Shown: one piece after another, positions 56,306 through 64,000 of the stretch
Layout: each line of letters opens with the position of its first letter
How positions within the stretch are numbered: the first letter of the stretch is position 1
Source: Bdellovibrio sp.
GTDB lineage: Bacteria; Bdellovibrionota; Bdellovibrionia; Bdellovibrionales; Bdellovibrionaceae
DNA: 64,000 nucleotides
Reading direction: 5' to 3'
NCBI GenBank assembly: GCA_036676395.1
Contig: JAKFCY010000002.1
Coordinates: 672,001 to 736,000, forward strand
The notes under the pieces: generated by a model
The model's input: only the letters and a program-made list of their open reading frames with translations
The model's database searches: none
Told to the model about the DNA's origin: nothing
Program-made: the position numbers and the translations under genes

Positions 56306-59300
56306 ATGAAACTAGTTACCACTGCGCTTTTAACGTCTTTGCTTGTTTTGTCAGCTTGTACTCAGAGCCAAAATAGCAAATCTAAAATGATTCCGTTATT
56401 ACAGGATTCACAAAATATCATCAGCACGCGTCCACAGAATCAAACGCACGTGATGGCTTTAGTTAAGCTTAAATCTCCTTCACTTCTTGAGACTTCGTCT
56501 AAAGAAGAAGGCGTGACGATCGTTAACAATGAACAAGCAGCTTCAATAGCGGCAGAGCAAGAAAAAGCTATCGCTGATATGAAAGCATTAGATGCTGAAG
56601 TTCAGGTTCTTTATAAATACAAATATGTTCTTAATGCAGTTTCTGTACTTGCTCCAATCGCAGTTTTAGAAAAATTAAAAGCTGTTGGCACGATCGCTTC
56701 TTGGGAAGGTATCGGAACATTTGCACGTCCAATCACTTTTAAAACTGATGGTTTAGCGGCAGCGACAAAATCATTAACTGAAAGAAACTCTTCTAAATTT
56801 ATCGGAGCTGAAAAATTAAATCTTGCTGGTCTTACTGGTAAAGGTATTAAAGTCGGCGTGATCGATACAGGTATCGATTATACTCATGCGATGTTTAAAG
56901 GTGTTGGAACAGCTGAAGCTTACAAGGCCATTGATCCGGCAAAAGAAGCTTTAGGTTTTCCGAGTGAAAAAGTTCGTGGTGGTGTGGATTTAGTAGGTAC
57001 TACTTACGATTCTGCTTCTCCAGATTTTTCTCACCGTGTACCTAAGCCAGATTTAAATCCACTTGATGAAGGCGGTCACGGAACTCACGTAGCAGGTACT
57101 GTTGCGGGTATCGGTGATAATGTAACATCATACAATGGTATGGCTCCAGATGCTGACCTCTATGCAATCAAAGTTTTCGGTGCTGACGGTTCAACTTCAG
57201 ACATGGTTGTTATCGCTGCTCTTGAATACTCTGCTGATCCAAATGGTGATGGCGATTTACGTGACCAATTAGATATCGTGAATCTTTCATTAGGTTCTGG
57301 TTACGGTAATCCAAAAATTCTTTACGCTGAAGCGGTAAAAAACTTAGCCAAAGGCGGAACAGTATCTGTGATCTCTGCAGGTAACTCTGGCGCAAAAGAT
57401 TATATCGTTGGTGCTCCGGGCACTTCGACAGAAGCTTTATCAGTTGCAGCAAGTATCGATGACGGTGATCATAACTGGCATTTCACAGCTTCTATCGTAA
57501 AAGCGGGTAGTGAAGAAATTTCTGTAGAAACAATCGAAGCAGCAACGACAAAAAAAGTTTCTGAATCAGATGTTACTGGTGATTTAGCTTTTATCGGAAC
57601 AGCAGCTTCTGAATTAACTGAAGAGCAAATTGCAGCCGTAGTTGGTAAGGTTGCTTTAATCGACCGTGGTGCCGTTACTTTTAACGATAAAGTTAAACGT
57701 GCAGCAGCAGCTGGTGCTATCGGTGTTATCGTTGCGAACAATCAAGAAGGCGCTGCTTTCACGATGGGAACAACAGATAAATTCGATATTCCTGCAATTA
57801 TGGTCACTAAAGAAGTTGGCACAAAATTAAAAGCAGCACTTGCTGCTGGCCAAGGAGCTTCAATCCAGTTTAAAACTGATAAAACAATCGAAAAACCAGA
57901 GTTAGTAGATACATTAACTGGTTTCAGTTCAAAAGGTCCGCGTTCAATTGATGGTTTCTTGAAACCAGAAATTTCAGCTCCAGGCAGCGATATTATTTCT
58001 GCTGACATGGGCGCAGGCGCTGGCGTTGTTAAACTTTCTGGTACGTCAATGGCTGCTCCTCATATGGCCGGCGTATTAGCTTTAGTTAAACAATCTTTTA
58101 AAAATCGTGAAATCGAAGTTTCGGCGTTAGACTTAAAACACGTTTCTATGGGTACAGCTAAAACAATCGGTGATACTGCCGGTCGTTATGCGGTCACTCG
58201 CCAAGGTTCTGGCCGTGTACAAGCTGATGTTGCAGCCTTATCTGAAATCATCGCTGAAGAGCCTTCTGTTTCTTTTGGTGAAATCAATATCGAAGCAAAA
58301 AAAGTTGTTAAATCTGTATTACATTTAAAAAATGTGGCTGCAGAAGACAAAGCGGTTAGCATTGAGTTCGTAGGTAACGAGTTCGTGCAATTAGCAAATG
58401 CTCAATCAGTCACTTTAAAAGCGGGTGAATCAACAGCTGTGAAATTAACTTTCACTCTTGATGCAACTAAAATGAAAGATGCTTACGTTCGTGAAATGGA
58501 CGGTTGGGTATTAGTTAAAGCTGACGGTAAAGAATTATACCGTGTTCCAGTTTTAGCAGTAGCTCACAAATTAAGTGCTATTACTTCTAAAGGTTTAACA
58601 GTTTTATCTTCTGCAAATGATGCTGACGGTGCAGCTTCTGAATTAACTCTTAAAAACGAATCAGCAAATGCTGGTGAAGCATTATTATTTAATTTATTAG
58701 CAAAAGACGAACGTAAACCACTAGCGCCTTCATTTATGAACGCTGATTGTGATTTACAAGCAGTAGGTTACAGAATCGTTGAAAAAGAAACTGAAGAAGG
58801 CAAAGAACAATTTGTTGAATTCGGTGTTAAAGTTTACAAACCAATGACGACTTGGAATTCATGTGACGTATCGATCTTAGTTGATAGCGACAAAGATGGC
58901 GTTGTTGAACAAGAAATCTTAGGTGCAAACACGAAATCAATTCCTGGCGAAACTGCTGAAATTTTTGCTTCTACTTTAATTGACACAATTAAAGCCCGTG
59001 AAATCAGAAAAGCTTTCGAAGTTAAAGTTGAAGCAGCGAAAAACGATGCAGCCGCATTAGCTGCGTTAAAAGACCAAGAAAAATACACTGATGCATTTGT
59101 AGATCAAAATGATCTAACTATTTACAACAACTCAACTGTAGTTGTTGTGCAAGCGCGTATCAGTCAGTTAAAACTTGATTCTAAAAATCAATTAAACTTT
59201 AAAGTTGTAGTTACTCACAACGAACAAGCATCTGTACAAATGGATGATCACTTGGCGAACGAAAAAATGTTGTCAGTTTCTATGGAGGCTTCAGATCAGT

Positions 59301-59482
59301 CTTTTGTTGGTCTTGCTGAAACTCAAGCTGTAAACGCAGGAGCAACTTCAACTGTTGAATTAACTAAAGGTCGTGGCGCACAGTCATTATTAGTGTTATT
59401 GCCACAAAATAAAGTGTCGTTCTCTGATGCTTTAAGCGATCTTCAATTACTAATCTTAAAACCGGAATTTAAAGCTCCGTAG
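56306..59482 (+). CDS. S8 subtilase (Vpr-like) lipoprotein with PA domain
   Basis: LSAC lipobox; DTGID, HGTHVAG and GTSMAAPH triad; PA insert (ALIDRG..F..K). Confidence 0.92.
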   Translation: MKLVTTALLTSLLVLSACTQSQNSKSKMIPLLQDSQNIISTRPQNQTHVMALVKLKSPSLLETSSKEEGVTIVNNEQAASIAAEQEKAIADMKALDAEVQVLYKYKYVLNAVSVLAPIAVLEKLKAVGTIASWEGIGTFARPITFKTDGLAAATKSLTERNSSKFIGAEKLNLAGLTGKGIKVGVIDTGIDYTHAMFKGVGTAEAYKAIDPAKEALGFPSEKVRGGVDLVGTTYDSASPDFSHRVPKPDLNPLDEGGHGTHVAGTVAGIGDNVTSYNGMAPDADLYAIKVFGADGSTSDMVVIAALEYSADPNGDGDLRDQLDIVNLSLGSGYGNPKILYAEAVKNLAKGGTVSVISAGNSGAKDYIVGAPGTSTEALSVAASIDDGDHNWHFTASIVKAGSEEISVETIEAATTKKVSESDVTGDLAFIGTAASELTEEQIAAVVGKVALIDRGAVTFNDKVKRAAAAGAIGVIVANNQEGAAFTMGTTDKFDIPAIMVTKEVGTKLKAALAAGQGASIQFKTDKTIEKPELVDTLTGFSSKGPRSIDGFLKPEISAPGSDIISADMGAGAGVVKLSGTSMAAPHMAGVLALVKQSFKNREIEVSALDLKHVSMGTAKTIGDTAGRYAVTRQGSGRVQADVAALSEIIAEEPSVSFGEINIEAKKVVKSVLHLKNVAAEDKAVSIEFVGNEFVQLANAQSVTLKAGESTAVKLTFTLDATKMKDAYVREMDGWVLVKADGKELYRVPVLAVAHKLSAITSKGLTVLSSANDADGAASELTLKNESANAGEALLFNLLAKDERKPLAPSFMNADCDLQAVGYRIVEKETEEGKEQFVEFGVKVYKPMTTWNSCDVSILVDSDKDGVVEQEILGANTKSIPGETAEIFASTLIDTIKAREIRKAFEVKVEAAKNDAAALAALKDQEKYTDAFVDQNDLTIYNNSTVVVVQARISQLKLDSKNQLNFKVVVTHNEQASVQMDDHLANEKMLSVSMEASDQSFVGLAETQAVNAGATSTVELTKGRGAQSLLVLLPQNKVSFSDALSDLQLLILKPEFKAP

Positions 59483-59490
59483 TAAAAAGT

Positions 59491-59512
59491 AAAAGGGAGT
59501 CCCTCCCTTTTT
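59491..59512 (+). terminator. Intrinsic terminator
   Basis: AAAAGGGAG-TCC-CTCCCTTTTT. Confidence 0.7.
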
Positions 59513-59524
59513 GAAACGCGACGC

Positions 59525-59556
59525 AAAAAAAGCCAGATCTATGATCTGGCTTTTTT
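59525..59556. terminator. Bidirectional terminator-like hairpin overlapping the alkD stop codon
   Basis: AAAAAAAGCCAGATC-TAT-GATCTGGCTTTTTT. Confidence 0.6.
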
Positions 59557-60273
59557 ATTTGGCTTTGTCGACTGTAAGATTTTTTTGCGATGAGCAGGGT
59601 CTAATTTTTCAATCGAGTAGCGCAGCATTGTGCGTGGCATTTTTTTGCCGAAGCGATCAATAAACTTTAAAAGTCTTGCGCGGTCTTTTTTGCCGGCTTC
59701 GCGAAGCATCCAGCCAGAAGCTTTATGCATCAGATCTTCAGTTTCAGCTAAGAATTTTTGCGCCAATTTAAATGTTAAATCCAGATCGTGATGTCTGATT
59801 AAAGCAAATGTTGCAACCATGGCCATACGTTTATCCCAATGAGCTTTTGATCGGCCTAGCTTTTCTAAAAGCGATATATCCTGAATCAAGTGACAGTAGT
59901 TACCCACGATTTTGTGGGCTGACATATCGACCAGATCCCAGTTGTTCACAGATTTTTTGTGCTTTAGGTATAAACTGACAATGGCTTTTTTTATTTTAAG
60001 ATCTTTGGTGCGACGATAGTTCTCGGTTAAGATATGTAATCCTAAAGCGCGGTCTTCGTGAATAGGGCTTCGTAAAAGCTGTGAAATGTCGTTTACACTG
60101 CTATTTAAAAATTTTAAAGCGATCGAACGGTTAGTTGGAACATCAACGCCAATAAACTGGTCGCCTTCGCCGTATTGTCCGGAGCCAGTTTTGTAAAAAT
60201 ACATTAAAGCTTCTACACGCTTTGTTTTAGCTGCTTTGCGCAGTGCCAGTTGCGGAGCATTTAATTTTTTCAT
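59539..60273 (-). CDS. DNA alkylation repair protein (AlkD-like)
   Basis: GQYGEGDQFIGV, NNWDLVD, KASGWMLRE and PRTMLRYSIE motifs. Confidence 0.9.
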   Translation of the reverse strand: MKKLNAPQLALRKAAKTKRVEALMYFYKTGSGQYGEGDQFIGVDVPTNRSIALKFLNSSVNDISQLLRSPIHEDRALGLHILTENYRRTKDLKIKKAIVSLYLKHKKSVNNWDLVDMSAHKIVGNYCHLIQDISLLEKLGRSKAHWDKRMAMVATFALIRHHDLDLTFKLAQKFLAETEDLMHKASGWMLREAGKKDRARLLKFIDRFGKKMPRTMLRYSIEKLDPAHRKKILQSTKPNKKARS

Positions 60274-61134
60274 CTAGAATAATCCCTTACTTAGTTCGAA
60301 TAGATTTGATGTAAATTCTTCGATCGATGGTTGGGTCGCTATACTTTTTCGTGAAATCAATTTAATTTCACGACTTATGGATGGCGAAAACAAACTGTAT
60401 CCTTTTTTTGGAATATTTAAATGTTGGGCCATGCCTAAAGGAATAATTCCGTTACCAAAACCTTCTTTGACCATTTGTGAGATAGCCGCGAAAGATTCGA
60501 CGAAAACAAAGTCTGAAGATTTAAGTTTTGAATTTTTTAAAAGTTTATCTTCAAGGTTACGCCAAGTTCCTGAATTTTTTTCGATGGTGATGACTTTAGT
60601 AGTTTCGCTGGCGGCCTCTTCATCAAATTTATTATAAATAAAAACTAGCGGTTCTTCAGTGATGCGTGCAGAAAATAAATTACTGCTGCTGGCGGATGAG
60701 GACGGGATACATAATCCTAAATCGTATCGCCCTAATTTGACATTTTCCTCGACCAGCGTACTTCGGTGAACGTGCAGATCAAATTCGATGTTTTTAATTT
60801 TACGCCCAGCTTGCTTGATTAATTTTGGCCCCCAAGTGGCTGCAATCGAATCTGACAGTGCAATTGAATAGCGCGTAATGCCATTTTCTGGTTTTAACTG
60901 CTTCAAACTTTTCAGTTCGGTGACAAGTGGCCGTGCGCGTAGAATGAACTCCTGTGCCTGAGGGGTCAGCTTTACTCGGCGCCCATCGGGTATTATGAGC
61001 TTAAAACTGACTTCATTTTGTAGGGCTTGTAGGCGTTTACTCACTGCTGATTGAGTTAGACGCAATTGCGCAGCAGCTTCGCTGATGGTTCCGGTTCTTT
61101 CTAGGGCAATAAGGGCTTCGATTCCTTCTAGCAT
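60274..61134 (-). CDS. LysR-family transcriptional regulator
   Basis: GTISEAAAQLRLTQSAVSKRL HTH; LTPQA. Confidence 0.88.
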   Translation of the reverse strand: MLEGIEALIALERTGTISEAAAQLRLTQSAVSKRLQALQNEVSFKLIIPDGRRVKLTPQAQEFILRARPLVTELKSLKQLKPENGITRYSIALSDSIAATWGPKLIKQAGRKIKNIEFDLHVHRSTLVEENVKLGRYDLGLCIPSSSASSSNLFSARITEEPLVFIYNKFDEEAASETTKVITIEKNSGTWRNLEDKLLKNSKLKSSDFVFVESFAAISQMVKEGFGNGIIPLGMAQHLNIPKKGYSLFSPSISREIKLISRKSIATQPSIEEFTSNLFELSKGLF

Positions 61135-61269
61135 AAAGTCATGTATTCCTTCTAAGACTACATTATATTCCTATTATTCTATTTTTTCAACTAAGCTTTT
61201 AGCCGAGAATGAAAACGTACTGAGAAACCACATTCAAGTCGTGCCTGAAAGCACGCAAAGGATCAGCGT

Positions 61270-63537
61270 ATGGCTAAAATCGAAACATCACCAGAAATGG
61301 TCAAACAAGTTTACCAAACTACACGTGAAAAAACGGAAGTTATTCGTAAACGTTTAAACCGTTCATTAACTCTTGCTGAAAAAATTATTTACGGTCACTT
61401 AGATGATCCGCAAAACCAAGAAATCAACCGTGGCTCTTCATTCTTACTTTTACGACCAGACCGCGTAGCGATGCAAGATGCGACAGCGCAAATGGCGATC
61501 TTACAATTTATGTTAGCTGATAAACCAGAAGCTGCAGTTCCTTCAACTGTTCACTGCGATCACTTAATCCAAGCCTACCAAGGTAAAGAAAAAGATATGG
61601 CTGCTTCGAACACAACGAATAAAGAAGTTTTTGATTTCTTAGCGACAGCTTCTTCAAAATACAATATCGGTTTCTGGAAACCAGGTGCAGGTATTATTCA
61701 CCAAGTAATTTTAGAAAATTACGCATTTCCGGGTGGATTAATGATCGGTACAGATTCACATACTCCAAACGCTGGTGGTTTAGGTATGTGTGCTGTAGGT
61801 GTCGGTGGATCTGATGCTTCAGATGTAATGGTTGGCCTTCCTTGGGAAGTTAAAAATCCAAAATTAATCGGTGTTCACTTAAAAGGTAAAATGAGCGGTT
61901 GGACTTCAGCAAAAGATGTCATCTTAAAACTTTGCGGAATGTTAACTGTAAAAGGTGGAACAGATAAAATCGTAGAATACTTTGGCGAAGGCGCAGACAA
62001 CATTTCTTGTACTGGTAAAGCTACGATCACAAACATGGGCGCTGAATTAGGTGCGACATGTTCTGTATTTCCATACGATGCAAAAATGTCTGGGTATTTA
62101 AAAGCTACAGGTCGCGCTGATTTAGCAGCGATTGCGGATAGCAACAAAGATATCTTACGCGCGGATGATGATGTTATCGCTAATCCTAAAAACTATTTCG
62201 ACGAAGTTTACGAAATCGATTTATCAGTTTTAGAACCACACTTAGTTGGTCCTCATACTCCAGATTTAGCTCGTCCGATTTCTAAAATCGCTGAAGAAGC
62301 TAAAGCTAACGGTTGGACTTTAAAATTATCATCTGCACTTATCGGTTCTTGCACGAATTCTTCATACGAAGATATCGGTAGATCTGCGAACCTAGCTGAA
62401 CAGGCGATGAAAATCGGCGTTAAAATGGCTCAGCCATTTTTAGTTTCTCCGGGTTCAGCACAAGTTTACAACACAGTTTCTCGTGATGGCCAAATGGCAA
62501 CGTTTGAAGCTGTAGGTGCAACAGTGTTAGCTAATGCCTGCGGACCTTGTATCGGTCAGTGGAAACGTGATGACATTAAACACGGTGAGAAAAATACAAT
62601 TGTAACTTCATTCAATCGTAATTTTCGCGGCCGTAATGATGCCAACATGGAAACTTTAGCTTTCATCGGTTCACCAGAACTAGTTATGGCTTTAGGTTTG
62701 GCGGGTCGTTTAGATTTTAATCCGTTAACTGAAGAATTAGTGGGACCAAAAGGTAAAATTAAATTAACTCCGCCAGAAGCTCCAGAGCTTCCTGAAAATG
62801 GTTTTGTTCCTGATTTAGTCGGTTACCAAAAACCAGAAGGCGCAACGGCAAAAGTAGCTATTGCTCCGGATTCTCCTCGTTTACAATTCTTACAACCATT
62901 CACAAAATGGGATGGAAAAGATTTCGAAGGCCATTTATTATTAGCAAAAGCTAAAGGAAAATGTACAACAGATCATATCAGCCCAGGTGGTAAATGGTTA
63001 AACTTCCGTGGTCACTTAGATAAAATCTCTGACAACATGTTGTTAGGAGCTGACAACGCATTTTTACCAGGTGTTATCGGAAAAGGTAATAATCTGTTAG
63101 ATGGTTCACAAAAAGAATTCGCGGCAGTTGCCCGTGATTACCAAGCTAAAGGTAAATCTTGGATGATTATCGGTGATGAAAATTACGGTGAAGGTTCTTC
63201 TCGTGAACACGCAGCAATGAGCCCAAGATACTTAGGTTGTACTGCGGTTATCACTAAATCTTTTGCCCGTATCCACGAAACAAATCTTAAAAAACAAGGT
63301 GTGTTAGCGGCTACTTTCGCAAATCCCGCTGATTACGAAAAAATCCAGGAAAAAGATACTTTATCAATCCGCGGCTTAAATGATTTAGCTCCAGGAAAAA
63401 ACTTATTCCTAGAATTAAAACATCAAGACGGATCGACTGAGAAAATCGAAATTAAGCACACATACAACGCAGAGCAAATTAAATGGTTTAAAGCAGGTTC
63501 TGCCTTGAATCTAATCCGTTCTGGCGGCAAAGTTTAA
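61270..63537 (+). CDS. acnA: Aconitate hydratase (mitochondrial-type)
   Basis: [32 protein letters not shown] and [12 protein letters not shown] motifs. Confidence 0.93.
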   Translation: MAKIETSPEMVKQVYQTTREKTEVIRKRLNRSLTLAEKIIYGHLDDPQNQEINRGSSFLLLRPDRVAMQDATAQMAILQFMLADKPEAAVPSTVHCDHLIQAYQGKEKDMAASNTTNKEVFDFLATASSKYNIGFWKPGAGIIHQVILENYAFPGGLMIGTDSHTPNAGGLGMCAVGVGGSDASDVMVGLPWEVKNPKLIGVHLKGKMSGWTSAKDVILKLCGMLTVKGGTDKIVEYFGEGADNISCTGKATITNMGAELGATCSVFPYDAKMSGYLKATGRADLAAIADSNKDILRADDDVIANPKNYFDEVYEIDLSVLEPHLVGPHTPDLARPISKIAEEAKANGWTLKLSSALIGSCTNSSYEDIGRSANLAEQAMKIGVKMAQPFLVSPGSAQVYNTVSRDGQMATFEAVGATVLANACGPCIGQWKRDDIKHGEKNTIVTSFNRNFRGRNDANMETLAFIGSPELVMALGLAGRLDFNPLTEELVGPKGKIKLTPPEAPELPENGFVPDLVGYQKPEGATAKVAIAPDSPRLQFLQPFTKWDGKDFEGHLLLAKAKGKCTTDHISPGGKWLNFRGHLDKISDNMLLGADNAFLPGVIGKGNNLLDGSQKEFAAVARDYQAKGKSWMIIGDENYGEGSSREHAAMSPRYLGCTAVITKSFARIHETNLKKQGVLAATFANPADYEKIQEKDTLSIRGLNDLAPGKNLFLELKHQDGSTEKIEIKHTYNAEQIKWFKAGSALNLIRSGGKV

Positions 63538-63562
63538 TAACTGATTGTTAATTCAATTCTCG

Positions 63563-63595
63563 AAAGGGCTCTCAAGCGTTGAGGGCCCTTTTTTT
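63563..63595 (+). terminator. Intrinsic terminator
   Basis: AAAGGGCTCTCAA-GCG-TTGAGGGCCCTTTTTTT. Confidence 0.85.
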
Positions 63596-63609
63596 ATTTA
63601 TAGGGATCT

Positions 63610-64000
63610 ATGGCAAAATTAAATTCCCAGCTTATTCAGCGTTTTCACGAGATTGTTAAAAAATCTTCTGAAGTGATTTTGGATAAAGAAGGCCAAATTA
63701 TTAATACCGTCATCTGTATGATCGCGCGCGGGCATCTGTTAATCGAAGACGAACCTGGGGTTGGTAAGACAACTCTGGCTCAAACGATCGCAAAGCTTAC
63801 GGGCTTACAGCAAAGCCGCATCCAGTTCACAAATGATTTACTGCCGGCCGATATTATCGGTCATATGGTCTTTAATAATGAAAAGCATGAGTTCTATTTT
63901 AAAGAAGGCCCCCTGTTTTCAGAACTAGTTCTGGCCGATGAATTAAACCGCGCTAATCCAAAAACCCAAAGTGCCTTGCTGCAGGCTATGGAAGAAAGTT
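63610..64000 (+). CDS. MoxR-family AAA+ ATPase, 3'-truncated by window edge (absent from ORF track)
   Basis: GHLLIEDEPGVGKTT, RIQFTNDLLPAD, LADELNRA and QSALLQAMEE motifs. Confidence 0.9.
   Translation, partial: MAKLNSQLIQRFHEIVKKSSEVILDKEGQIINTVICMIARGHLLIEDEPGVGKTTLAQTIAKLTGLQQSRIQFTNDLLPADIIGHMVFNNEKHEFYFKEGPLFSELVLADELNRANPKTQSALLQAMEES

Noticed and set aside
388..62147. Numerous antisense and alternate-frame ORFs in the track (e.g. 1045-1578, 8760-9164, 30977-31546, 51415-51906)
   Set aside because: They lie within well-supported genes and lack an RBS or recognisable motifs; treated as shadow ORFs.
61270..63537. Mitochondrial-type aconitase as a eukaryotic gene transfer
   Set aside because: This aconitase type is known in several bacterial phyla, and its codon usage looks native and highly expressed.

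Overview
Gene-dense, AT-rich bacterial chromosomal segment. Several features point to a predatory Bdellovibrionota (Bdellovibrio/Pseudobdellovibrio-like); this is inferred from gene content, not from a search. These features are an S74-chaperone-terminated mosaic fibre adhesin, FQNC-type lipoproteins, a TIGR02147/DUF4423 regulator, bacterial topoisomerase VI and many secreted hypothetical proteins. The window holds about 60 CDS, one tRNA-Arg(TCT), one Y1/HUH (RAYT-like) transposase and several intrinsic terminators. I saw no CRISPR array, rRNA, prophage or integrase. Best candidate for an undescribed system: an 8-gene envelope cluster (28642-36169) with a Cyc2-like cytochrome-porin, a second beta-barrel, a DUF1588/DUF1585-like heme protein, a Tat-exported DUF1501 protein, two FQNCAP lipoproteins, a monoheme cytochrome c and YceI. 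Other leads: (1) a TIGR02147 cassette whose divergent promoter holds six TGTGAA/TTCACA boxes; (2) a stress/hydrophilin cluster with an RGG/Tyr-rich disordered protein and an unannotated 50-aa ORF; (3) four sigma28-like promoters with identical spacing, two of them in front of a secreted Cys-phosphatase and a kinase-like lipoprotein; (4) a GC-rich motif repeated beside and inside the transposase. All family assignments come from motif recognition by eye.
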